64,000 bases of DNA from Octopus sinensis (Eukaryota), in assembly GCF_006345805.1 (NCBI RefSeq), contig NC_043004.1, positions 18,724,001 to 18,788,000 on the forward strand. The letters run 5' to 3'. The position numbers and the translations under genes were made by a program. Positions 38,430-51,299 of this stretch are shown here, piece by piece. A model generated the notes under the pieces. That model searched no databases. It was given only the letters and a program-made list of their open reading frames with translations, and was not told the origin of the DNA. Every line of letters begins with the position of its first letter. Position 1 is the stretch's first letter.

Positions 38430-38792
38430 CTTTTATTCCTTTATTCTTTTACTCGTTTACTTGTTTCAGTCATTTGACTGCCGCCATGCTGGACAACCGC
38501 CTTTAGTCGAAAAACTCGACTCCAAGACTGATCCTTTGCAAGCTTTGTACTTATCCTATCGGTTTCTTTTGCCAAACCGCTAAGTTATACACTTTACTCT
38601 TTACTCTTTTACTTGTTTCAGTCATTTGACTGCGGCCATGCTGGAGCACCGCCTTTAGTCGAGCAAATCGACCCCGGGACTTATTCTTTGTAAGCCCAGT
38701 ACTTATTCTATCGGTCTCTTTTGCCGAACCGCTAAGTGACGGGGACGTAAACACACCAGCATCAGTTGGGGGGGACAAACACAGACACACAA

Positions 38793-38831
<39 letters not shown>

Positions 38832-39010
38832 CGACAGGCTTCTTTCAGTTTCTTTCAGTTTCTTTCAATTTCCGTCTACCAAATCCACTCACAAGGCATT
38901 GGTCGGCCCGGGGCTATAGCAGAAGACACTTGCCCAAGATGCCACGCAGTGGGACTGAACCCGGAACCATGTGGTTGGTTAGCTTGCTACTTACCACACA
39001 GCCACGCCTG
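38430..39010 (-). mobile_element. SINE family A, near-complete copy plus a duplicated tail; tRNA-like head with CORE-like segment
   Basis: Head aggcgtggctgtgtggtaag...ggttccgggttcagtccc, CORE-like cttgggcaagtgtctt, (aaaagagt)n tail. Confidence 0.9.
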
Positions 39011-39072
39011 TGTAAACACACAAACATAGGTTGTCAAGTGATGGTGATTGGGCAAACACAGACACACAAATA

Positions 39073-39700
39073 CAAGGTGCATACGATATTAGAGGACAGA
39101 TTTATGTTTATATAAAAACAGTTATATAATAACAAATAACTTTATTTATCAAAAAATACTATGGGGATAAAGATAAGCATTCTTTTAAGTTTCAACAACC
39201 GTTTCTATACGAGATCTAAATCATCCACATGCTCGAATCGAGTGGTCGAGATTCATTTTCGACATTACTCTGAATATGGCAGATTTCAAAGACTCTTTGG
39301 TGTTATGACTGTGTTTACTGACCTCTCTCTCAACAACGTTCGACATGTAATAGTCCAATGGATCGATATCTGGGGAATTAGGAGGCCAAATGTTAGAGGT
39401 TATGTGATCATGAAAAATTTTCAGTTATCCATTCCTGCGTTACTAGAGCCATGTATGATAGCGCAGAGTCTTACTGAAACACATATGGCTTTCCATTGCA
39501 TACACTGCCCATCCAGGGCTTAACAATGTTTTTCAGGATCTTAATGTAAGCGGTGGAGTTAACTCTAAATCCTTGTGGACAGAAATAAGGAGGCATTACA
39601 TGCCCTTTATTGATGACAACCCCTAAACCATGACAGTTTTAGGAACTTTTGTATGCATAACACTTGGAACTTGAGAAGGGTCTGCACGTCTGTCATTTCT
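39073..39700 (-). mobile_element. Tc1/mariner fragment (maT-like WPPNSPD motif)
   Basis: Minus strand IWPPNSPDIDPLDYY...RACG*FRSRIETVVE. Confidence 0.8.
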
Positions 39701-40229
39701 TCTGTTATTGATCAAAGTTTTTCTTGTCTGAGAAAAAACAAATCGTCTGAGAAAATAGAGATAGAGGGAGAAATGTGATGCTAATAACTAAAATAAAATA
39801 AAATAAAAGTTATTCTAAAACTACATAAAATTGAAGGCGAAATATAATGTTGAATTAAATTAAATGGAAATAATTTTCAAAATATTAAAAAATTAAAACT
39901 TAAAAAATATTAAAAGCAATCGCAAGAATGGCTGTGTGGTAAGAAGCTTGCTTCCGGTCGTACGACGTGGTCGTGCTTCTTTGTGCTGGTAAGCGTTTTG
40001 CTATTGTTGCATTCCGCTTTTTGGGGGGATCGTTACCGTTGTTGTATTTGTTGAACTGTATTTATTTTTACTATTCCCCGGTATACCGGGAAATACGAAC
40101 TGTTAAATTTAATTCTGTGGCCATTGTGGCATTACTTTTTTCTTTTGAATTTTGTGTAAAATTCGAACTGTTTTAAGTCGTTTAAGACTTTGGTTTTGTT
40201 CTCATCCCCCAGCGGGATTCGAGCTATTA

Positions 40230-40500
40230 TCCTGTTTTAGAGGAAAATTTATTATAAGCTTCCACTTTAAGTGGAAGCAATATCTTCTGTTGAACATTTT
40301 CTGTAAACTTTAAAAAGCCATTGTAGCCATTATTTTTGTATTGAATTAATTTCGATCGAATATGTCGGTCGAAATTATTAAAGAAAAATGTACTCTCGAA
40401 GAGAGTGGTGTTAATGTTGGCGGAGGTGCCAATATTGTAAAAAAGATTTTCGGCAGTTGCAGCAGTGGTAACTGAAACCATTGTTATTCTAATCGAAAAA
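40230..40500 (-). mobile_element. Possible degenerate PLE GIY-YIG fragment
   Basis: FYNIGTSANINT...FNNFDRHIRSKLIQYKNN loosely follows the PLE endonuclease pattern. Confidence 0.3.
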
Positions 40501-40559
40501 CTGAAGGAATACTTCGAAAGAATGGAGTAGGACTGTGATATTAAGATATCACTCACCTC

Positions 40560-41210
40560 CAATGCAATAGAGACACAAAAAAAATCTGTTATATTTAAAT
40601 CCTACTGTCCTGAGAACAAGCGGTTAAAACATTTCGAAAGGAACATTATAGAAAAATGCCTGGCCACTATGTGGAAGGACATTGTATATATCGCAAGGGG
40701 AAAGGCATATGCGACAATCGAAATCAGGTTCGCAACTGAGGAGAAGGCTCACGGATACTCTGTGAGCCTCATGAAAACAAAGGAGGTGGTGCTTCTAACA
40801 GTCTACACGGGGTGGCGCACTTTCCATGTAAAGGTGACAGAAGTGCCCCCAAAAATAGACCCACGAGAAGTGATGACTGCCTTGTTGGCTGGGACAGAGC
40901 ATTTCAACCATAATTCAGGAGGCACCGGAAGACATAGAAATCCTTCCAGAGAAGGTGCTCGTGGGCGAGAATGTGGTCCTTCGTATACAGGTGGAAGGAA
41001 AAAACCCACCTGTTATGAGTGTGGAAAGAAGGGCCACATTCGTTTGGACTACGAAGAAAGAAAAAAGAGAGAGGAGGAAAAAAGAAAAAGAGACAATCTT
41101 GTACAGACACCAGGCCCTACATCTCAGAAAAGCAATCCCAAGCCCCCACACACACCAGTCCTCTCAAGCCAAGCACTCCCATCCTTTCTGTTGCGGTTCC
41201 GCATGATCTC
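40560..41210 (+). mobile_element. L1/Tx1-like LINE ORF1 fragment
   Basis: ATIEIRFATEE...VKVTEVPP and zinc knuckle CYECGKKGH; homologous to ORF1 at 51640-52300. Confidence 0.75.
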
Positions 41211-41610
41211 TGGTGTGGCAGAGGAGCTACGGATTATGCGGATGACATCTCCATCAACGTGGCAGATGAGGCGATCAAAAGTTACAAGTCACCGTATGTA
41301 CTGCACAAGGACCATAAGATGATAACTGACCCAGTGACAGGACCAATGACGAGACCAATCTGCTGAGCCAATGTTGCCAATAACTACCGGATTTCCTACT
41401 TCCTCTTAATAATCATACGCCCTCTGATAAAAGTGTCCCGAGATATGTGTGACAGCTCGGGGGAACTACTCAGGAGAATCAAAGAGTGCAACGATGCCTA
41501 CGACCTGACGGGACGCATTATAGGCAGTATGGACGTAGTGTCCCTATACCCGTCCATTGATGTTGATTTTACTGTGGAGAAATATGTGGGGGTGATCATC
41601 GATATATTGA
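41210..41610 (+). mobile_element. PLE reverse-transcriptase fragment
   Basis: LHKDHK..DPVTGPMTRPIC and IIGSMDVVSLYPSID. Confidence 0.85.
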
Positions 41611-41939
41611 TCAGAAATCTATTGCCCTTATTAATACTTATGCAAGCAATGTCAATGACGACATTGATAGCATACCGAATTCTTAGCCAAAATTTCTTCA
41701 ATAATTACCTGGTGACGCAAAATGGTTATAAAATTAATCATATCTGAGATTTAGGGGATTTGTTTTAGATAATTTTTGTGGTATCAGATAACTTGCGGAC
41801 GAGTCACCTAACTTTTAGAATTGGAGAACATTACTTCATATTTACTTTGAGCATTCAAAAATATCTATGGCGTGAATAAACTGGATGGCCGTATCTTTCT
41901 TTTCCCGGTGTTTGTCAACAATATTTGGTTTCAAATTTT

Positions 41940-42140
41940 AAACACATGTTCAGCAAGTTCGTGGGGAAGGCATAAGTCAATTACATCGATCACAGTGTTC
42001 TACTGGTACTTATTTTATCGACCCAGAAAGGGTGAAAGGCAAAGTCGACCTCGGTGGTATTTTAACTCAAAACGTGAAGACGGACGGAATGTCGCCAAGA
42101 ATTTTGCCTGGCGCGTGAACAATTCTGCAACCTCGCCAGC
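41940..42140 (+). mobile_element. SINE family B (paralogue of 18490)
   Basis: Sequence identity to 18490-18710. Confidence 0.85.
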
Positions 42141-42204
42141 TTTGTCAACGATATTTAAGAACGTAAAGTAGAACCTAGCTAAGGAAAGACATGCAAGGCT
42201 TTTT

Positions 42205-42210
42205 TTTATT
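42205..42210 (-). terminator. AATAAA polyadenylation signal of peptide gene B'
   Basis: Same position relative to the stop as in B. Confidence 0.7.
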
Positions 42211-42295
42211 CTTCCCATTAATTTGGTGAACGCAGACGTTTAGGTGAATTGTCGATAACAAAAGGCGGTATTTGGGAGTAACGTTTATACCTTTT

Positions 42296-42502
42296 TCAAG
42301 GGTACTTGCAGAATAAAGATTTACAAAAGAAGTCATCCTTGTAGATTCGTTCATCTGTAGATAACTTTAAATAGAAATACGTCCAAATGTAATGAAATGA
42401 CAACTTACAAGAGAATCTCTTATCGATATCCTCGTCATATTGGGACATAGCTGCCATTGCCAATGGCAACACAACCAGCAAAATTATAAACACGACCTTC
42501 AT
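42296..42502 (-). CDS. Small secreted prepropeptide, copy B': join(42502..42409,42354..42296), MKVVFIILLVVLPLAMA-AMSQYDEDIDKR-FSYERIYKDDFFCKSLFCKYP (50 aa)
   Basis: Same architecture as B; donor GTAAGT at 42408, acceptor at 42355 (54-nt intron), upstream acceptor at 42511. Confidence 0.85.
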   Translation of the reverse strand: MKVVFIILLVVLPLAMAAMSQYDEDIDKRFSCKLSFHYIWTYFYLKLSTDERIYKDDFFCKSLFCKYP

Positions 42503-42770
42503 TGTTGTTTCTGGAACAAATTAAATGAAAAGAAAAAGATTATTTTCTAAATACTATTTCAATTGTTAAAAACTTGGAAAATAAAACCCAACCTAAAACA
42601 GTTCTACAAATTTGCACTGCACAAGGATATTTGGTCTCAGAAGAAACTATAATTTAGGGATGAACTAATGGAATAATTTGATACTACGTTACCAACAATT
42701 AATTTGGATATTGTAACTGAGTTATAAAAAAATGATATACAGGACTTTCAACTCATTGTGTATGGCATAC

Positions 42771-42809
42771 CGTCTCTGTTACATCATCGTCCCAGTTAGT
42801 TTATTTATA
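42771..42809 (-). promoter_or_regulatory. TATA box and short 5'UTR exon of B'
   Basis: TATAAATA at 42809-42802; donor ACG|GTATGC at 42770. Confidence 0.6.
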
Positions 42810-44175
42810 AAAATCACAGGTAAGATAAATATTATTATGTAACTTTTCTGTCCTTCTCAGGAATAGTTACAAAATATTTTCAGAAATTCGAATCATTACT
42901 AAACCACCGATAACTTTCTTAGACCATATGGAGCTAAATATTATAATAGTTTGTTTTGGTTAAACAGAATTATCCCATATGTAAAAAGGAGTCTACGGCG
43001 TCCATTCTCATTTTTCCAAATAAATCAGCAGCGCAAATGAAAGTACATGATTTCAAACTGGAATCGAAATCTTTTCACACGTCCAATTGTCTTACCCTGC
43101 CCTTTTCTTAAATTTTCTATACTGACACATATGGAAATGACATTAATTTTGATTTCGCTTTATATTTTTAGAGACAGAACAGCTAAAGAGATTAGATTGA
43201 ATAAGTACAAAGGCCTTCTACTATAAAATATCTGTACAAAGAACTGATTTATAAGCGAAGAAGCATGCAATTCTACATCTTTCACATCAAGTAATATTTC
43301 GTAAGCTTTGTTATTTATAGAAATCCTGGATTACTAAATGAGTTTGATGTTTCAGTTAATTCTACCACCTTCATTTATGCTGAAGGTTAATTGAAAACTT
43401 AATATTCTGTGGTGAAATATCTCATTTGTTGAACACAGAAATAATAAATTCGAGAAGGCACGATCGATATTTACTTATGTCTTTCTCGGAGACAGAATAT
43501 TACAACAAATGTCAAAACAGGAAATCACATACCCCGTCGATAAAGTTAATTATTATACGAATAAAGTTAAATCTTACACGCCGATAAAGTTAATTCTTAT
43601 ACAAATCATGGATTTCCACAGTAACGCAATATTGCTTTCTGCAGAACTAGACGGGTGAGAGACATATCAACTGTTGAATAAGATGCTAGCCTATTCAGAT
43701 AACTTTGTCGCTATTTACACTTTAGGTCGAATGGGACAATTTAAAACTAAATTTCCTCCCAAGCGATTTAATCAAGCCCCTATAACGGAATTGAATCCAC
43801 AGTATAAGGCTTCAAGATAACATTTTCAGGCTAAACTGATTAAAATTTCTGAATTTGCATTACACAAATTAGTGTTTCTCTTTTGAATTAGTGAATCATA
43901 TTCAGTAAGTCAGTATCCATAAGTTTAGTAAGTTTGTATCGACAGTAACACGATATTGTTTAGAAATAAATTCCTTACCTAGTTTGATGCAGGACTCCTA
44001 CTTCTGAAGTGCTGATCTCTGCTTCCATAAACCTATTTATCGAATCAACACAGATGGCGGTTTTCCCTTATAGCATGCTTTATCATTCAGAGATATCTAA
44101 ATGTGATAAAGAATAGGCAGTTATCATAAAATAGGTTAATTTATTCATCTTTTGTAAAGAAGTTTATAAATACAA

Positions 44176-47100
44176 CACTGGGGAACAAATCTCAATTATT
44201 GTCTATTGAATTAAATTTGACGTCTTGTTCTATGTAAATTAGATGCGCTGAGCACAAATTTTTAATTGGTTTTTCTCTATCAGGTTCTGCTGATGGAACG
44301 TTTACAATTTTATAAAACTACGTAATTTAGTCACTGATATACTGTAACTTACCTAAATATAATTGTAACTGAGGAATATAAACAAAACTTTTCAGAAAAT
44401 GTTATAAACATCTCAAATATTGCATAAGGTTGGAACACATAGAAATGTTAAATCTTTGAGTGACAACTTTTGATAAAATTCATAAAAGCAAGTCTTTCGT
44501 CGTTTTTGTTAATGCGTTTCCAAATGCCGACAAACAGGCACTTGATACATTCCGCTCTGTGCTTTCTTACCCATGTACTCATGTACAAGTACGTTTGACT
44601 AAGTTTGAATAGAAGGAAGGTGAATTTGATCGAATGGGAATCAAAGAAGAATGGTTTAATTGAATTTAACTTAATTGCGTTACGTGAGCGATTTTTGTTT
44701 ATGTAAAAAATGACCTTTTGACACATTTCGTTTTCCATATGGGATGTGGTGAGAGCCTACTAATTATGAGACGGCTGACTACTTTTGCCTTGTCAAAACT
44801 TCGGGCTTCAATAAGAAAAATAGACATAGTGTCGAGTACCCAAATTTTGACACAGCGATACATTAAAATGAAATCTCCATTCCAATATTTAAAAATCTGC
44901 CACCTCAAGAATTAGTTGAAGATGTTTCAGAAAATATTGTTATGCACTCTGAGGAGTCTGACACTGATTTTGATCGCAGCATATTTGAAAGTCAAAATGA
45001 TCCTCAAAAGTTTAACCAGTTGGGTTGCATGATCTTTTAAGGGATCTAAATTTGCCATTTTAGCTTCAAGACTTAGAGAGGAAAACTTGCTTACTTCAAA
45101 TATATACATTACATTTTACAGAGAAAGTGAAAAACCTAAATATCTTAAAACAGGGGATAGTTTAGCATATTGCTGCGACATACCTAGTTTATTACAGATC
45201 GGGGCTGAGACTTACGATACAAATGATTGGTGTTTATTTTTAGACAGTTCGGAAAGAAGTCTTAAGTGTATATTGTTACATACCGGCAATCTATACGGCT
45301 CGACACCGATTGGGCACTCAATAAAATTAAAAGAAATCTATGAACATATAGAAAAGGTTCTAAATATTATCAAATATAATGAGCACGAGTGGATCATATG
45401 TGTTGACTTAAAAATAGTTAATTTTCTGTTAGGACGAAAAGCAGGGACCCAGCCAGACACGTATGTTTTTCCGTCCGTCAAGGACTTTTTCCATTTCTTT
45501 GAGTTACCTCACTACGTCTGCTTGATAGCCAAAAAGGCTTTTTTCTGTTTGTAATCAATCATTTTAGTGCTATATACGTATAATTATTGCCATTGCTTAT
45601 TGTACAGCCTGAAGGCATTTTCTATTGTGTTTAACGTTATTTTGTTCTGCCTCGCACATACATATTCGTCAGCATTTTCCTGTAGCTCTATGCTCTGGCG
45701 CTGCTGTTAGATGACAGTGGTCTTGGTTTAATTAGCATGAGACCACTATAACGTCTCGGATTCCAACAGATGAGAAAGTTGGCTGCGAATGTTTCTTGTA
45801 GCGTTTTTTTGACTCCCCTTTTCTGTCCGTTAGGTCTTCGCCCAGTTTTCATCCATTTTTACCTTTTCTGCCTAACTTTTGTAGTATACTAAATAACCCC
45901 GTTTCCTTTGCTTATGGAATAGCAGAGCCAAGGTATAACATTATTTCAAACAAATATGGCCAGCACAAACATCACTGGCTGTTGAAGAAAAAAATGTAAT
46001 AAATCAACCTTTAGTGACCAGAGATAAAATCATATTTCCTCCTCCTCTGCATATTAAACTAGGCCTCATTAGACAATATGTAAAAGCTTTAGATACGAAC
46101 GGTGATCGTTTCAGATACATAACTTCAAAATTTCCAAGTTTAAGTTATGAAAAAATCAAGGCGGGAATTTCGGCGGTCCACAAACAAGAACATTAATTAA
46201 AGACGGTGATTTTCTTAATGTTATGAATGAACGCGAAAAAAATGCCTGGTTCTCATTCGTGGACTTGATAGAAAATAATTTAGGCAATTATGGGGTAGAT
46301 AATGACGAAGAAATCGCAAAAAACATTTTAAGTGACTATAAAGAGTTAGGCTGCAATATGAGCATAAAAACGGTAAGGTTTTTTTTTCTACTATAACATA
46401 GTTGTTCCACAAAGAATTATGCCAGAGCGTCTTTTCCAGCTGGTTAACGACACACAACTTGTGTCCGGTATATTGTGAGTAAGGGAGCGAATGACACCCC
46501 TCCAGCGTGGCAAGACCAGTAGATCATAGTTTCTGGGTCTTTACCTTTCAACGGTACTGGATACATGCCTGCTAGAGATGGTAGTCATTCACCCCTACTA
46601 ACAATATATAAACAGGGAAGCGGCAGATAGCGGTTCATATCATAAGGAGCAAAATAGGTAGTTCTAAAATCTCTAAACGAGATATAAGTAGTAACAATAC
46701 TACACAGTAACGATTTTTTTGCCACTATAACATGGCTGTTCTATAAAGAAATATGTTACTATATTTTAACCCCAGGAAATCATTTTTCCAGCGGTTAACA
46801 ACACACAATCTGTGTCCGATATAATGTAGAAAGGGAGCAAATCACTCCTCTCAAGCTCGTTTACTGATTTTAGAACTAGCTGTTTGGCTCGTTACGAGAT
46901 CGGCAGCTGTTTGCTGCTTCCTTGTTTATATATTATGAGTAGGGGTGAGTGACTGCCATCTCTAGCAGGTAGGTGTCCAGTATCTATGAAACCATGGTCT
47001 ATTGGTCTTGCCAAGCTGGAGTGTGCTGATTCGCTCCCTTACTCACAATATATCGGACACAGATTGTGTGTCGTTAACCTGAGGAAAAGACGTTTTCCTG

Positions 47101-47688
47101 GGGTTAGAATGTAGTAACATTGTTCTTTATAGAGCAGGTATGTTATAGTGGCAAAAAAAGTTACCTCTAGTATTGTTACTAATTATATCTCGTTTATAGA
47201 TTTTAGAACTAACTATCTTCTCCTTAGCATAAAAATGCAATTTTTGAATTGCCATCTTGACCGATTTCCAAGTAACTTAGGTGCTTTAAGTGATGAACAA
47301 GATATAAAAAAGTATGTCTGAATGGTACCAAAGACACTGGGATTCTCTCACTGTTGGTGCTTGAAAAGAAATCAGCCATCAACAAGAAAATACGATAGAA
47401 AATTTTTACCAGAGTGAAAGCTTCATATCTCTTTAAGTAATTTCTATCGTTATAATGTAATTTTACAGAAGTTTAGACTGTTTGTATTCATGAACCTTGA
47501 AAATAAATTTGAACACAGGCCTCAATTTTTTAGTCCTAATTTGAGAAAATCTGGAAAATGACACAAAGGCTATTGACAAAAATCAGGACCTGATGGAGCC
47601 GAACCGACTTCACAAATTCATATTTAGCGCACTCAAAATACTTGGAATCAAGTATCAGTTATCATTCACTAAAATACGTTCCCCGGTT
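44176..47688 (+). mobile_element. Chapaev3-like (CMC superfamily) DNA transposon, decayed, with nested insertions
   Basis: Termini cactggggaac / gttccccggt; transposase pieces WCLFLDSS.RSLKCILLHTGN, KYNEHEWIICVDLK, PLHIKLGL, LGCNMSIK, LGALSDEQ; empty site in B at ~20905; superfamily name is from memory. Confidence 0.75.
46372..47230. repeat. Foldback / MITE-like insertion inside the Chapaev-like element
   Basis: 46640-46860 is an inverted repeat of 46985-47230; a third partial arm lies at 46372-46560. Confidence 0.75.
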
Positions 47689-47794
47689 TTATATGTAGAC
47701 GGCATAATAATTTATTGGACAATTACCCAAACCTGAGTTATCAGACAAGAACACATACGCTATAGTTAGCTACATATATATTGGTAGGAAATTT

Positions 47795-47985
47795 TGGCAC
47801 AAGGCCGGCAATTTCAGAGAAGGTATAATTCGATTGGATTGACCCCAGTGTCCAACTGGTACTTATTTTATCGAATTAGAAAGGGGGAAAGGCAAAGACA
47901 ACCCGGGGGAATTTTAACTCAGAACGTAAAGACGGACGAAATACCGCTAGGCATTTTGCCCGGCGTACTAACGATTCTGCCAACT
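47795..47985 (+). mobile_element. SINE family B (paralogue of 21020)
   Basis: Shared motif and flanks. Confidence 0.8.
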
Positions 47986-49413
47986 CTCTACTTTAACTAC
48001 TACATATATATTAAGATATTTTATTGTTTGTATTACTATCAAGATGATAGTGGCCCATGATCATAATAGATTGCAAGAACCTCCGTGCGTGATAATTCTA
48101 AAGTGGGATGATTTTGAGCATTAGGAAGTCTACGTAGCACATCACCAGAACAGTAGTATGTATTCAATGGCAAAAATCAACACAGAAGTCAAGGATGTCC
48201 GAGTTTTCTATGTTTAGAGTAAGATTATAGTTTCTCTTTTTTAATGCTCACAGCCGGAGTTGCACACCGTAAATGCGGACAGTAATAGATTCGTCAATGT
48301 TACAGTGCTGTCGCAGCAGATATCCTCAAAGTTTTCTTACTATAAAATATCAACCAACAAATTAGCAGACATGACCATTTGTGGGTCAAGTTTATTGGTG
48401 ACATGAAACGCTGTATCGTTCGCATGATAATAATTATTTTTCTCCTAGTTAGCTGTCTGCTACTATAATCATTCCACTATCCATGCAATTATTTCTTCTA
48501 TATGATCATTAAATTTAATATGCTTATGATATAAGCATCTGATGTCTCAAATGAAGAGTTTTTGTTACGAAATCTCTCACTCCTACAAATGAAATACTAT
48601 TACAAACCATGGTAGTAAAACCAAGAATATTATAGAGAAACAGAAATTGTAAAGATATCTAATTTAAATTGGAATTCTCTTCCGAATCAATGTTTTTTGT
48701 TTGATTTTCTTTCTTTCTCAGTTTAAGTTTCTAGTCAAGAAAATTTTGTCTTGTGATGCTGATATACCACTAGATACCTACGTCAGACATTTTATGATAC
48801 CTAAGATTTTTAAGTAAATACCTTACCAGTTCTGTGGTTAAGAATTTCGCGAGCGTGTCGTTCAAATTCGATTAAAATTCTTTTGGCTTTGGACAAGTAT
48901 ATTTAACAGTAACCACACGTTGAACAATAGCTTTTAATGAAATCTCCTTGTCTGAAAGTATGCGGAAGCCTGTCATATGTATGTATGTATGTATGTATGA
49001 TTTTTTTTACTGAATTTAATCTAAATTCTTCTTGAGAGAGTTCAAGTCGGTTGCTAACAAAGTAATAAGACATTTTGAATTAAGAGACATCCTGGTATTT
49101 GTAAATATTTGATTGAGTTTGTGTGCTGGATGAACTGCCGATGTATGTATGTATGTATGTATGCATGTATGTATGTATGTATGTAGGTAGGTAGGTAGGT
49201 AGGTAGGTAGGTAGGTAGGTAGGCATGCATATATGTATGTATGTATGTATATATGTAGATAAGCTAATATTTAAGTGTTGGGTATGTTCCTAGTAGTAGG
49301 CCGATAAAGCATACTCACTGTCTATGGCTATCTGGCGTCATCCACTGTAATTACAAAATTACCCTAGAACAACTTCAGGAAATTCTCAGTGTACGTTGAG
49401 CATAAAACAAACA

Positions 49414-49562
49414 ATAGAGACAGAAAATGGAATACGTGGGAAACTTTATTGCACACAACGATCGTTTCGACATATGCTGCATCGATGGGATCGATGCAGG
49501 ATGTGTCGAAACGATCGTTGTGAGCAATAAAATTTCTCGTGTATTCCATTTTCCGTCTCTAT
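49414..49562. repeat. Near-perfect palindrome, ~73-bp arms with a ggg spacer
   Basis: agagacagaaaatggaatac...gcatcgat-ggg-atcgatgc...gtattccattttccgtctct. Confidence 0.95.
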
Positions 49563-50204
49563 AATTTATTTTATATATGTATTAAAACAGAGTGGTTTTA
49601 GTGGCAAAGTAGTATTACTTTGAAGAAATTTTTTTGTATAAGGCCGGAAAAATGCGAGAAAGTATAAAGTAAAGTACAATAGGAAAAAAATAAAACAAAG
49701 TTGCAGTTTTAACTTGTGTTTTTATATTTTGGGGTTATAATCACTTCCTCAAGACATTTGTAAAAATGAGGGATGGAAAAATAGTAGCTCGGATCTATGA
49801 GAAAAAAGAGGTAGGAAGGAGAAGGAAGGAGGAAAGTAACTGGTGTTGCTCAGAATGATGTTACAATAAGAACCAGTCCTCTCCCCGTAGTCCCTTCCTG
49901 TTGTTAATGGCTGATTTCAGTTTGTTGAGAAGGCAGGTCCCTATGATTCTGAGATCCCCACTGTTGCACGAAGTGGCTCTGTTGGATATCTTAAAATCCT
50001 GGGAGTGGCACTTCTGTAGGTGTTTTTTCCTATTGAAATGTTTCTGTCTGTCTGTCTGTCTGTCTGTCTGTATGTATGTATGTATGTATGCATGCATGCA
50101 TGTATGTATGTATGTATGTATGTATGTATGTATGTATGTATGTATGTATGCATTGTGTGTTTGTATGTACCATGTACATACATTCTTCATATATATTCTT
50201 TTAA

Positions 50205-50630
<426 letters not shown>

Positions 50631-50764
50631 GCACCTGTTGTTGGTGTTTTTTCTTTTTTGAATTTTTCGCTCTCCTTTCCGACAAAGAACTATGCTCAAA
50701 ACATTAAAATCTCTCTTTTCTTTTCGAACGTCAAACTAATACATTCCATTTCTATATTAGAGAT

Positions 50765-50990
50765 GAAGAATTATGTACATTATTTACATTATTTACATTT
50801 GACAGATATGTGTCTTCATCTTGTTTGTTATTAACACAACGTTTCGGCTGATATACCCTCCAGGTTCGAAATTTCCCCAAGACACCTGATGAAGGCTGGA
50901 GGGTATATCAGCCGAAACGTTGTGTTACCAACAAACACGACGAGGACAAATATCCGTCAAATGTAAATAATGTAATACATTCCATGTACA
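50765..50990. repeat. Inverted-repeat PLE terminal fragment containing a hammerhead
   Basis: ~100-bp arms; inner ~30 bp perfectly complementary (50834-50863 / 50897-50926). Confidence 0.85.
50881..50926 (+). ncRNA. Minimal type I hammerhead ribozyme, canonical core
   Basis: GACAC-CTGATGA-A-GGCTG-gagggtatat-CAGCC-GAAA-CGTT-GTGTT. Confidence 0.85.
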
Positions 50991-51299
50991 CGTCCTCTTG
51001 TTTATTATTATTTTTAATGTTCGTTTATTTGATCTGACTATCTCTCTCTCTGAACTAAGTGTGGCGTTGTACTATTGTTTATAGCCCCAGGAAGACATCT
51101 CCTCCCGCTGGCTCACGACAGTCTGAGTCCGATTAGCTGGCAAATATATGTTACAATTCCGTACCGCTACTGTTTTTACCTGCAACAGTAAGTCGCCAGT
51201 AAAGTATATAGTAATTTTCGAGTGGAATGAATTTTCATCACTAGCTAGTGATTCCAACTCTTCTGTGTTTACTACTGCTTCGCTGTGTGAGTAACCAAT

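Larger units (their letters stand above)
39740..48137. repeat. Segmental duplication block B'
   Basis: Colinear with B, interrupted at 39916-41820 and 44176-47688. Confidence 0.93.
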
